Below are positions 56,004 to 64,000 of a stretch of DNA of 64,000 nt, piece by piece (the stretch's first letter is position 1; each line of letters starts with the position of its first letter). The stretch lies in NCBI GenBank assembly GCA_030680405.1, contig JAUXVT010000061.1, positions 704 through 64,703 on the forward strand, written 5' to 3'. The notes beneath the pieces were generated by a model, which made no database searches, was not told where the DNA came from, and saw only the letters and a list, made by a program, of their open reading frames with translations. The position numbers and the translations under genes are program-made. This DNA comes from Thiobacillus sp. GTDB lineage: Bacteria > Pseudomonadota > Gammaproteobacteria > Burkholderiales > Thiobacillaceae.

Positions 56004-56417
56004 TTATGCATCAAAGAAGGCGGGCATGTCGGTTTGCTCGGTCTTGATGACGTCAACCCAGGCGGGTTTGGTGTCGCCCCCGGCTGCGGCCAGCTTTTTG
56101 GTTTCTTCGTAGAGCATTTTCCAGCGGTTGTAGAGACAGTCGCTGACCTTGCGCATACCTGCATCGAAGTAGGAGTTGTGCAGGTCGCCGATGGTGCGGG
56201 TGAAGGATTCCATCTGCTCCAGCAGGTTGTGCGGATAGCCGTGACGGTTGGGGTCGGCGTATTTGACCATCTCGCGCTTGACCGCGCGCACGAAGACTTT
56301 TTGGCCTTCGGTGAGGTCGGCCTCGGTGCGGGGCGCACCGCCAAAATTCATCACTTCGTGAATGAAACCATTCAGGCGTTCGCCGAAATCAAAGTTGGTG
56401 TAACCGACGTTTTGCAT
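56004..56417 (-). CDS. Hypothetical protein (137 aa)
   Basis: GGAG RBS before the ATG, host-like codon usage, own terminator; no family recognised. Confidence 0.75.
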   Translation of the reverse strand: MQNVGYTNFDFGERLNGFIHEVMNFGGAPRTEADLTEGQKVFVRAVKREMVKYADPNRHGYPHNLLEQMESFTRTIGDLHNSYFDAGMRKVSDCLYNRWKMLYEETKKLAAAGGDTKPAWVDVIKTEQTDMPAFFDA

Positions 56418-56524
56418 AAATTCTCCGGTGTCAGGCGATGCTTTTCAGACTGGATGTGACTTCAGTGCTAATCCTACGCTGCGCGATGCGGCTGTCTAGC
56501 CGTCTTCCTGAGACGGCCGCGCGA

Positions 56525-57235
56525 TTATTGCCTAAGCCCTTGAATCCAGCGGGAATAAATTTTGTCCGCCAGCTGGTGCAGCTGGGCGGTGCGGGCGGGC
56601 AGGTCTGCCTGGATGGCGTCGACCGATTGTACGCCGGGACTGTCGCTGGCGGCAATTTCGGCGGCGCCGTTGTTGCACCAGCTGGCAATGAGTTCGGGCG
56701 TCATCTCGACATGGCATTGCATGCCGATATGGCGGTCGTTCAGCACATAGGCCTGGTTGGCGCACCAGGTGCTTTCGAGGATGCGCGTGGCGCCCGGTGG
56801 CAGGGTGAAGGTTTCGCCGTGCCAGTGAAACGCCAGCATGGGCTGCGTGGCATCGCCCAGCCAGGGGCGTGCGGCGTCGGCGTCGGTGATGCCGACGTCG
56901 CCCCAGCCGATCTCCTTGACCAGGTTGGCGCTGACCGATCCGCCCAGCGCCTTGGCCATCAACTGCCCGCCCAGACAGTGGCCGATCACCGGGATGTCCG
57001 ACGCGACGGCCTGGCGGATCAGGGCCAGCACGGGTGGAATCCAGGGCAGGTCATCGTTCACGCTCATCGGCCCGCCCATCAAGCACAGGCCGGAAACGCC
57101 GTTAAGGCTTTCAGGCATGGCATCGCCGGCGTCAATGCGCACCAGCTTCCAGGGAATGCCGTGGCGATCCAGGAACGTGGTGAAATACCCCGGCCCTTCG
57201 GTGGGGGAATGACGAAAAATCAGAACAGGATGCAT
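56525..57235 (-). CDS. Type 1 glutamine amidotransferase-like protein
   Basis: EGPG, MGGPMSVND, GHCLGGQL, WHGETF, QCHVE. Confidence 0.9.
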   Translation of the reverse strand: MHPVLIFRHSPTEGPGYFTTFLDRHGIPWKLVRIDAGDAMPESLNGVSGLCLMGGPMSVNDDLPWIPPVLALIRQAVASDIPVIGHCLGGQLMAKALGGSVSANLVKEIGWGDVGITDADAARPWLGDATQPMLAFHWHGETFTLPPGATRILESTWCANQAYVLNDRHIGMQCHVEMTPELIASWCNNGAAEIAASDSPGVQSVDAIQADLPARTAQLHQLADKIYSRWIQGLRQ

Positions 57236-57883
57236 GATGGCTCATAAGCGAAAATCAATCACGCTCATCATAGCCGCAGGGGCGTTTGCCTGCACGGCGG
57301 CCTCGGCCGCCAGCGTGTCGGTGGCGGGGCTGTTCAGGGACAAGGCCATCTTAGCATCGACGGCGGCAAGTCGCGCACGCTGAGCGTGGGGCAGACGGTG
57401 CAGGGGGTGAAGCTGGTTGCCGCGGATTCCGGCAGCGCCCGTTTCGACGTCGACGGCAAGCGCCGCATTCTGGGCATGGGGCAATCGTTCGCGGGCGGTG
57501 CAGCGACGGGTGAGCGCCAGAGCGTTTCGCTCACCGCCGATGTGCGCGGCCACTTTGCCGCCGCCGGTTCGCTCAATGGGTATCCGATGACCTTTCTGGT
57601 CGACACCGGCGCTACCGCCATCGCCATCAGCGCAGCCGAGGCCAAGCGCATCGGACTCGACTACAAGGCCGGGCAAGCCACCGGCGTCGGCACCGCCGCG
57701 GGCGTGGTTCCGGCTTGGCGCGTCAAGTTCAACACCGTCAAGGTTGGCAGCATCACCGTCAACCAGGTGGACGGCATGGTGGTGGAAACCGGCCTGGATG
57801 TGCCGCTGCTGGGGATGAGTTTTTTGAACCGGATGGAAATGAAGCGCGACGGCCAGACGATGATGCTGACGCAGCGGTACTGA
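57234..57883 (+). pseudogene. Clan AA (retropepsin-like) aspartic protease, frameshifted near 57351
   Basis: Signal peptide and VAGLFRDKAI in one frame; SIDGGK.RTL.VGQ...FLVDTGAT...LLGMSFL in another; apparent 1-nt deletion. Confidence 0.7.
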
Positions 57884-57945
57884 TTCGCTAGCCCGCAAAG
57901 CAACAAGGCCTGCATTGCAGTCCTTGTTTTTTGGCGAGGCAGGAT

Positions 57946-58752
57946 TTACTGCTTCGTCTTGTCGCGCTCGATCAAGGCATACGCACTGTGATTGTGGATG
58001 GACTCGAAGTTCTCCGCTTCCACCACGTACGAGTCGATCAGCGGCTCGGCGTTCATCGCGGCGGCGACGTCGCGCACGATGTCTTCGACGAACTTGGGAT
58101 TGTCATAGGCGCGCTCGGTGACGTATTTCTCGTCCGGCCGTTTCAGCAGGCCGAAGAGTTCGCACGAGGCCTGGTCTTCCACTTTGCGCACCAGGTCTTC
58201 AATCCACAGGAAGCCGTTGGTTTTGGCCGAGACGGTGACGTGCGAGCGCTGGTTGTGTGCGCCGTAGTCGGAGATTTTCTTCGAGCACGGGCACAGGCTG
58301 GTCACTGGCACCAGCACCTTGGTGGTGTGGGTGTATTGGCCGTTCTCGATGGAACCGATGAAGGTGACTTCGTAGTCGAGCAGGCTCTGCACGCCGGAGA
58401 CGGGCGCAGCCTTGTTGATGAAGTAGGGGAAGGTCATCTCGATGTAGCCCGATTCGGCTTCCAGGCGTTCGACCATCTGGCGCAGCATACCTTCGAAGTT
58501 CTCGACCGAAATCTCGCGCTCGCGCGTGTTGAGGATTTCGACAAAGCGCGACATGTGCGTGCCCTTGAAGTTGTGCGGCAGGTACACGTACATGTTGAAG
58601 GTGGCGACGGTGTGCTGGACGCCGTCGTTCTTGTCCGCCACACGAACCGGGTGGCGAATGGTCTTGATGCCGACCTTGTTGATGGCGATTTGCCGCGTGT
58701 CAGCCGAGCTTTGTACGTCCGGCATGCTAATGGGGTCGCAAATCTGATTCAT
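57946..58752 (-). CDS. folE2: GTP cyclohydrolase FolE2
   Basis: [34 protein letters not shown]. Confidence 0.95.
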   Translation of the reverse strand: MNQICDPISMPDVQSSADTRQIAINKVGIKTIRHPVRVADKNDGVQHTVATFNMYVYLPHNFKGTHMSRFVEILNTREREISVENFEGMLRQMVERLEAESGYIEMTFPYFINKAAPVSGVQSLLDYEVTFIGSIENGQYTHTTKVLVPVTSLCPCSKKISDYGAHNQRSHVTVSAKTNGFLWIEDLVRKVEDQASCELFGLLKRPDEKYVTERAYDNPKFVEDIVRDVAAAMNAEPLIDSYVVEAENFESIHNHSAYALIERDKTKQ

Positions 58753-58815
58753 GGCAGGCTCCTGTATATGAGTGCAGTTTAGACTCAGTATAAACTGCTA
58801 GAATAGTTGAGTAAA

Positions 58816-60672
58816 CTACTCGGATAATAAGGTTATCCGCTGGCGGACAGAATGTTCTATCCCCGCCGCGTCTAATCCACAGTCAGCCAGCATCTTCGCT
58901 GCGTCGCCATGTTCGATGAAGGTGTCGGGCAGGCCCAGGTATAGCACGGGAACCGGGATGCCGAGTTCGGCGAGCGCCTCGGCAACCCCGGCGCCGGCGC
59001 CGCCTGCCACCGCGTTTTCTTCCAGCGTGACCAACAGGCGGTGGGTTTGCGCCAGTTCGCGCAGCATGTCCAGATCCAGCGGTTTCACGAAGCGCATGTC
59101 GGCCACGCTGGCGTCGAGCGCCTCGGCAGCCGCAAGCGCCGGCGCAACCAGGCTGCCGAAGGCGATGAGGGCGATATCGCGTCCGCTGCGCCGCAGTACG
59201 CCCTTGCCGATCTCGAAAGGTTCGAGGCCGGGTGAGAGGGGCGCCCCCCCGCCGCTGCCGCGCGGGTAGCGCACCGCCGACGGGCCGTTGTGCAGAAACG
59301 CCGTGGTCAGCAGGCGGCGGCACTCGTTCTCGTCCGACGGCGCGGCAATCAGCATATTGGGGACGCAGCGCAGGAAACTCAGATCAAAGCTGCCGGCATG
59401 GGTCGGGCCGTCGGCGCCGACCAGCCCGGCGCGGTCGATCGCCAGCATCACCGGCAGGTTTTGCAGGGCGATGTCGTGGATCAGCTGATCGTAGGCGCGC
59501 TGCAGGAAGGTCGAATAAATCGCCACCACCGGTTTCACGCCCTCGCAAGCCAGCCCGGCGGCAAAGGTCAGCGCGTGCTGCTCAGCGATGCCGACGTCGA
59601 AATAGCGCTTCGGATATTCCTCCGAGAAGCGCACCAGCCCGGAGCCTTCGCGCATCGCCGGGGTGATGCCGACCAGCCGTGTATCGGCGGCGGCCATGTC
59701 ACACAGCCAGTCGCCAAACACCTGCGTATAGGTGAGCTTGCCACCGGATTTTTCGGTGACGCCGGTCGCCGGATCGAAACGCGACACGCCGTGATACAGG
59801 CAGGGATTGGTTTCGGCGGGCTCGTAGCCTTTGCCTTTTTTGGTGACCACATGCAGAAACTGCGGGCCGCTGAGCTGCTTGATGTTGCCCAGCGTGTCCA
59901 GCAGCACGTCGAAGTCGTGGCCGTCGATGGGGCCGATGTAGTTGAAACCGAATTCCTCGAACAGCGTGCCGGGCATCACCATGCCCTTCATGTGTTCCTC
60001 GGCGCGCTTGGCCAGCACCTTGATCGGCGGGACGGCGGACAGCACTTTTTCGCCGGCGCGGCGGGCGGCGGCATAAAAACGTCCCGACATCAGCCGCGCC
60101 AGGTAATTGCTCAATGCGCCGACGTTGGGCGAAATCGACATGTCGTTGTCGTTCAGCACCACCAGCAAGGGCAGGTCGGTCGCGCCAGCGTTGTTGAGTG
60201 CTTCGAATGCCATGCCCGCGGTCATCGCGCCGTCGCCGATGACCGCCACGGCGCGCTGGTCGGAACCCAGTTGGTGAAATGCCTCGGCCATACCGAGCGC
60301 AGCCGAGATCGAGGTGCTGGAATGGCCGACACCGAAGGCGTCATACTCGCTTTCGGCGCGGCGCGGAAACCCGGCGATGCCGCCACCCCGGCGCAGGCCG
60401 GCCATCGCCGCACGGCGTCCGGTCAGGATTTTGTGGGCATAGGTCTGGTGGCCGACGTCCCACACGATGCGGTCGCGCGGCGTGTCGAACACGTAATGCA
60501 GCGCGAGGGTCAGTTCCACCGTGCCGAGGTTGGAGGCCAGGTGGCCGCCGGTGCGGGAAACCGATTCCACCAGGAATTTGCGCAGTTCGGCCGCGAGTTG
60601 CGGCAGATCGGCGGGCGACAGGGTGCGCAGGTCGGCCGGCGTATCGAGGGTGTCGAGCAGGGGCGTGGTCAT
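58816..60672 (-). CDS. dxs: 1-deoxy-D-xylulose-5-phosphate synthase
   Basis: [42 protein letters not shown]. Confidence 0.97.
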   Translation of the reverse strand: MTTPLLDTLDTPADLRTLSPADLPQLAAELRKFLVESVSRTGGHLASNLGTVELTLALHYVFDTPRDRIVWDVGHQTYAHKILTGRRAAMAGLRRGGGIAGFPRRAESEYDAFGVGHSSTSISAALGMAEAFHQLGSDQRAVAVIGDGAMTAGMAFEALNNAGATDLPLLVVLNDNDMSISPNVGALSNYLARLMSGRFYAAARRAGEKVLSAVPPIKVLAKRAEEHMKGMVMPGTLFEEFGFNYIGPIDGHDFDVLLDTLGNIKQLSGPQFLHVVTKKGKGYEPAETNPCLYHGVSRFDPATGVTEKSGGKLTYTQVFGDWLCDMAAADTRLVGITPAMREGSGLVRFSEEYPKRYFDVGIAEQHALTFAAGLACEGVKPVVAIYSTFLQRAYDQLIHDIALQNLPVMLAIDRAGLVGADGPTHAGSFDLSFLRCVPNMLIAAPSDENECRRLLTTAFLHNGPSAVRYPRGSGGGAPLSPGLEPFEIGKGVLRRSGRDIALIAFGSLVAPALAAAEALDASVADMRFVKPLDLDMLRELAQTHRLLVTLEENAVAGGAGAGVAEALAELGIPVPVLYLGLPDTFIEHGDAAKMLADCGLDAAGIEHSVRQRITLLSE

Positions 60673-60673
60673 G

Positions 60674-61561
60674 TCAGAACGTCCGCTCGACCACGAAGTC
60701 GGCCAGCTGGCGCAGCCGTTCGGCGGGTGTACCCAGCTTGTCGAGCGCAGTGTGGGCGTCGGCGCGCAGTTCCTGCGCCAGTTCGCGCGCGCGCGCCACG
60801 CCGAGCAGGCTCACGTAGGTGGGCTTGTTGTTGGCGGCATCCTTGCCGGCAGTCTTGCCCAGCGTGGCGGTGGGCGCTTCGGCATCGAGCACGTCGTCGA
60901 CCACCTGGAAGGCCAGCCCGATGCACTTGGCGTAATGGTCGAGCACGGCGCTGGTCGCGTCGGACAGCGTGCCGCACTGCGCGCCCAGCAGCACCGAGGC
61001 GCGGATCAGCGCACCGGTCTTGTGGATGTGCATGAATTCGAGTTCGGTCAGGTCGAGCGGCTTGCCCACGCTGGCCAGATCGATCGCCTGGCCGCCGGCC
61101 ATGCCGCGCGAGCCCGCCGCCTGCGCCAGCAGCTGCACCATTTTCAGTTGGGTTGCCGCATCGTCGGCCAGCGGCTGCGCAGCGAGAATGTCGAACGCCA
61201 GGCTCTGCAGGGCGTCGCCCACCAGCAGGGCAGTCGCTTCGTCGAACTCGACATGCACCGTGGGTTTGCCGCGCCGCAATGCGTCGTCGTCCATCGCTGG
61301 CATGTCGTCGTGCACCAGCGAATAGGCGTGAATCAGTTCCACTGCGGCGGCGACATGCTGCACTCGCTCGACGCGGGCGCCGCTGACTTCGCCGGCGGCA
61401 AACGCCAGCAGTGGGCGCACGCGCTTGCCGCCGCCCAGCACCGCGTAGCGCATCGCATCATGCAGGCGCTCGGGAGCAATGTGGGCAGAGGGGAGCCACT
61501 CGGCCAGCACGCTTTCCATGCGTGCCTGGCATGCCTGTGTCCAGGCGGCAAAATCAGTCAT
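60674..61561 (-). CDS. ispA: Farnesyl diphosphate synthase
   Basis: [28 protein letters not shown]. Confidence 0.95.
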   Translation of the reverse strand: MTDFAAWTQACQARMESVLAEWLPSAHIAPERLHDAMRYAVLGGGKRVRPLLAFAAGEVSGARVERVQHVAAAVELIHAYSLVHDDMPAMDDDALRRGKPTVHVEFDEATALLVGDALQSLAFDILAAQPLADDAATQLKMVQLLAQAAGSRGMAGGQAIDLASVGKPLDLTELEFMHIHKTGALIRASVLLGAQCGTLSDATSAVLDHYAKCIGLAFQVVDDVLDAEAPTATLGKTAGKDAANNKPTYVSLLGVARARELAQELRADAHTALDKLGTPAERLRQLADFVVERTF

Positions 61562-61814
61562 CAGTGTCTTCGGCCTTGAATGGCTGCGCGGCTTTGAAAG
61601 GGAGCAAGGCGCCGTTTTCCAGAATATTCACCTGTTGTTCCGCATCGGCCAGTTGCTGACGGCAATACTGCAGCAGCTCGGCGCCGCGCTTGTAGGCGGT
61701 CAGCGAGGCTTCAAGCGGCAATTGGCCGGATTCCATTTCAGCCACAATGGCTTCCAGTTCGGCCAGTGCGGACTCGTAATCCTTGGGGGGAGTGGCGGCG
61801 CGGGATTTGGCCAT
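61554..61814 (-). CDS. xseB: Exodeoxyribonuclease VII small subunit
   Basis: YE.AL.ELE.IV..ME.G.L.LE.SL..Y.RG; xseB-ispA-dxs synteny. Confidence 0.94.
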   Translation of the reverse strand: MAKSRAATPPKDYESALAELEAIVAEMESGQLPLEASLTAYKRGAELLQYCRQQLADAEQQVNILENGALLPFKAAQPFKAEDTDD

Positions 61815-62094
61815 GAATATCGAAGCTGGCAGAGAAAGGACGATACTTTAACAAATTTAGCCCAGCGCCTTAACAGTAATCAGCATGGCAGCGCCTCCCG
61901 GATCGGTGGACTGCTGGAAGTTTGTGCTTTCCCGGCTTTGTACTCGGGGGCTCATCCGTCAATCCGATGCTGCTTTTAATGGTGATCGTTTCCCGATCAC
62001 GCTTGCCGATTCCGGTGCAGACCGGAAGGGGGCCTGGTTTTGTAGGGCGCGTCTTGAGCGATCTCGCCGAACCCGGCGTCTTGTCGCTAAATCG

Positions 62095-62224
62095 CCACCG
62101 TGGCCGGCTCGCGCTGGACCAGCAAGGCAACCCGGAAACCGGGCCATATCAGTCGGCGCTGGAAGATGGCATGATGCATTTCCATGCTTTCCTGCGGCGC
62201 GAAATCGAGCCGCACCTGAAATGA
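62095..62224 (+). pseudogene. C-terminal remnant of a Rieske ring-hydroxylating oxygenase alpha subunit
   Basis: GR.AL..QG..ETGPYQSALEDGM.HFH.FLRR resembles, from memory, the C-terminus of the Rieske oxygenase found between xseB and a DMT gene in betaproteobacteria; no Rieske motifs remain upstream. Confidence 0.6.
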
Positions 62225-62297
62225 GTTTTTTTCGAACTCTCCCAACGGGCGGCGCACACCGCCCTTTTTTTCGCCTGCCCGCGATGAGTTGGCTCCA

Positions 62298-63164
62298 ATG
62301 AAGTCAAGCTGGATGCTGGTGGCGGCGGCCCTGTTCGCGCTGATGAGCGTGCTGGTGAAGCATGCGTCGAGCACCTTTTCCCCCGCCGAACTGGTGTTTT
62401 ACCGCTCGGCGTTCGGGCTGGTCGCAATCTGGGGGGTGATCGCCCTCAGCCATCGCCGGCTGCTGGCGCCGCTCGCCACGCGCCATTTGCGTGCGCACTT
62501 CTGGCGCGGCCTGTCGGGCTTTATCGCGCTGGTGCTGTTCTTCTACGCCATCGCGCGGCTGCCTCTGGCCACCGCGGTCACCCTGAATTACACCGCGCCG
62601 CTGTTTTTGGCAGCGCTGTCCGCCTGGTGGCTGCGCGAACGCCACGGGCGGGGCATCGTCGGTGTGGTGCTGCTGGGTTTTGTCGGTATTGTGCTGCTGT
62701 TGCGTCCGCAGTTGCAGGATCAGGCCTGGCTGCCCGCGCTGGCCGGGCTGATTTCGGGCATGCTGGCGGCGGTGGCCTACGTCAACGTCAAGCAGTTGGG
62801 CAAGCTGGGCGAACCCGAATGGCGAGTGGTATTTTATTTCACCCTGCTCGCTACCGCAGGCGGCGCGGCATGGATGGCACTGGCCGGGTTTCACCGTCCG
62901 CAGGCGGGCGACTGGCTGTGGCTCGCCGGCATCGGCGTCACTGCCACGCTGGCGCAGTTGGCGCTGACGCGCGCCTACCATCGCGGCCGTACGCTCATCG
63001 TCGGCTCGCTGGCCTACACCACGGTCGGGTTTTCCGCCTTGTACGGCGTGCTGCTGTTCGGCGAACGGCTGCCGCTGCTGGCCTGGATCGGCATGGCGGT
63101 GGTGGCGGTAGCCGGCGTGTGGGCGGTGCGCGCGTCGACACCTACGCAGCCCGATTCGTTATAG
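62298..63164 (+). CDS. DMT/EamA family transporter
   Basis: About 10 TM segments, ELVFYRS, LPLATAVTLNYTAPLF, LFGE. Confidence 0.9.
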   Translation: MKSSWMLVAAALFALMSVLVKHASSTFSPAELVFYRSAFGLVAIWGVIALSHRRLLAPLATRHLRAHFWRGLSGFIALVLFFYAIARLPLATAVTLNYTAPLFLAALSAWWLRERHGRGIVGVVLLGFVGIVLLLRPQLQDQAWLPALAGLISGMLAAVAYVNVKQLGKLGEPEWRVVFYFTLLATAGGAAWMALAGFHRPQAGDWLWLAGIGVTATLAQLALTRAYHRGRTLIVGSLAYTTVGFSALYGVLLFGERLPLLAWIGMAVVAVAGVWAVRASTPTQPDSL

Positions 63165-63191
63165 TTCAATCACATTCCAGAGGAGAGCACC

Positions 63192-63560
63192 ATGATCAGT
63201 CTGAACACCAAGGACAACCAGATTGCCGTCACCGTGATGGGGCAGTTCACGCTGGATGATTACCGCGAATTCGAGCAGGCGGTGTGCTACGGCATCCAGT
63301 TTCAGGGCACGGTCAACCTGCTGTTCGACCTGCGGGACATGCTGTCTTACAGCATCGACGTGGCGTGGGAGGAGCTGAAATTTTCGCGCGAGCACAAAAA
63401 CGATTTTGGCCGCATCGCCATCCTCACCGGCGACCAATGGGTGGCGTGGAGCATGTGGGTGAACCGCATGTTCATGTCAGCGGATATCCGCCTGTTTGAT
63501 GATCTGGACCTGGCGCAGGCTTGGCTGGCAAGCGGCGAATTGCCGGCAGCTGCGAGTTGA
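63192..63560 (+). CDS. STAS/SEC14 (SpoIIAA-like) domain protein
   Basis: G.FT..DY, LL.DL..M..YS..VAWEE.KF...H...F.RIA, IRLF.....A..WL. Confidence 0.8.
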   Translation: MISLNTKDNQIAVTVMGQFTLDDYREFEQAVCYGIQFQGTVNLLFDLRDMLSYSIDVAWEELKFSREHKNDFGRIAILTGDQWVAWSMWVNRMFMSADIRLFDDLDLAQAWLASGELPAAAS

Positions 63561-63624
63561 TGCGCGTCAGCCGAATGTCAGACGATCGCGGAATGATCCT
63601 GTGTTCAGGCTGCTGTGCAGGCAC

Positions 63625-64000
63625 TCATGAAGGCGTATTGCGCGTCGGCCGAAAAATTTCCCGATTGGCGTAATACGCGGCGTGTGCGTTGGCCGCATCC
63701 CAACCCGGAATCCCCTGCACCGGCAGTGGGGCAAGCTGGCGCGGGGTGTCGATTGCGCCGAGCACCATGACCGCCTGCACATCTACGGCGTCGGGATCGA
63801 GCGAATCGGAACGCAGCAGCAGGCATTTCCCGGTCATCGACGGGTAGGGTGCGAGCGCTTTTTCCAGCAGGGCATGACCCACTACCACAAAACGCATCTC
63901 GGTTTCGACACGTGAGCGCGCTTCCCAGAACAGCGTGTGCCAGGCGCGCCCGGCCAGCAACGCAGGCAACGTCGATTCACGGCTGATCACCCACACGCCC
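63625..64000 (-). CDS. DUF3025-like protein (5' end outside the window)
   Basis: W..LFW, GHALLEK...P...MTGK, PLPV.GIPGW, Y....IFRP. Confidence 0.7.
   Translation of the reverse strand, partial: GVWVISRESTLPALLAGRAWHTLFWEARSRVETEMRFVVVGHALLEKALAPYPSMTGKCLLLRSDSLDPDAVDVQAVMVLGAIDTPRQLAPLPVQGIPGWDAANAHAAYYANREIFRPTRNTPS

Noticed and set aside
61565-61605. Short duplication PFKAAQ/PFKAED at the XseB C-terminus
   Set aside because: A trivial duplication in a variable tail.

Overview
This is GC-rich chromosomal DNA from a sulfur-oxidising betaproteobacterium; gene content and order are Thiobacillus-like, which is an inference. Most of the window is housekeeping: tamAB, surE-pcm-nlpD-rpoS, alaA-hom-thrC, glnS, mnmA, icd, earP-efp, dnaE, metG, ispB, rplU-rpmA-obgE and xseB-ispA-dxs-folE2. 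It carries two divergent APS reductase loci about 50 kb apart. The first is aprMBA followed by a rhodanese/metallo-beta-lactamase fusion gene (1-4.5 kb). The second is sat-aprBA (52-56 kb), followed on the same strand by a YkgJ-type Cys-cluster protein, a DUF4124-like protein, a CbbQ/NorQ-type AAA+ ATPase, a CbbO/NorD-type VWA protein and a coupled 92-aa unknown. Neither RuBisCO nor NO reductase genes are in the window, so this block is my best candidate for an undescribed system, a possible APS reductase maturation or activase module. Also present are a decayed defence islet at tRNA-Pro(CGG), a CU-rich small RNA gene with its own promoter and terminator, several palindromic miniature elements and several pseudogenes. 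All product calls come from motif recognition by eye; no database searches were run.
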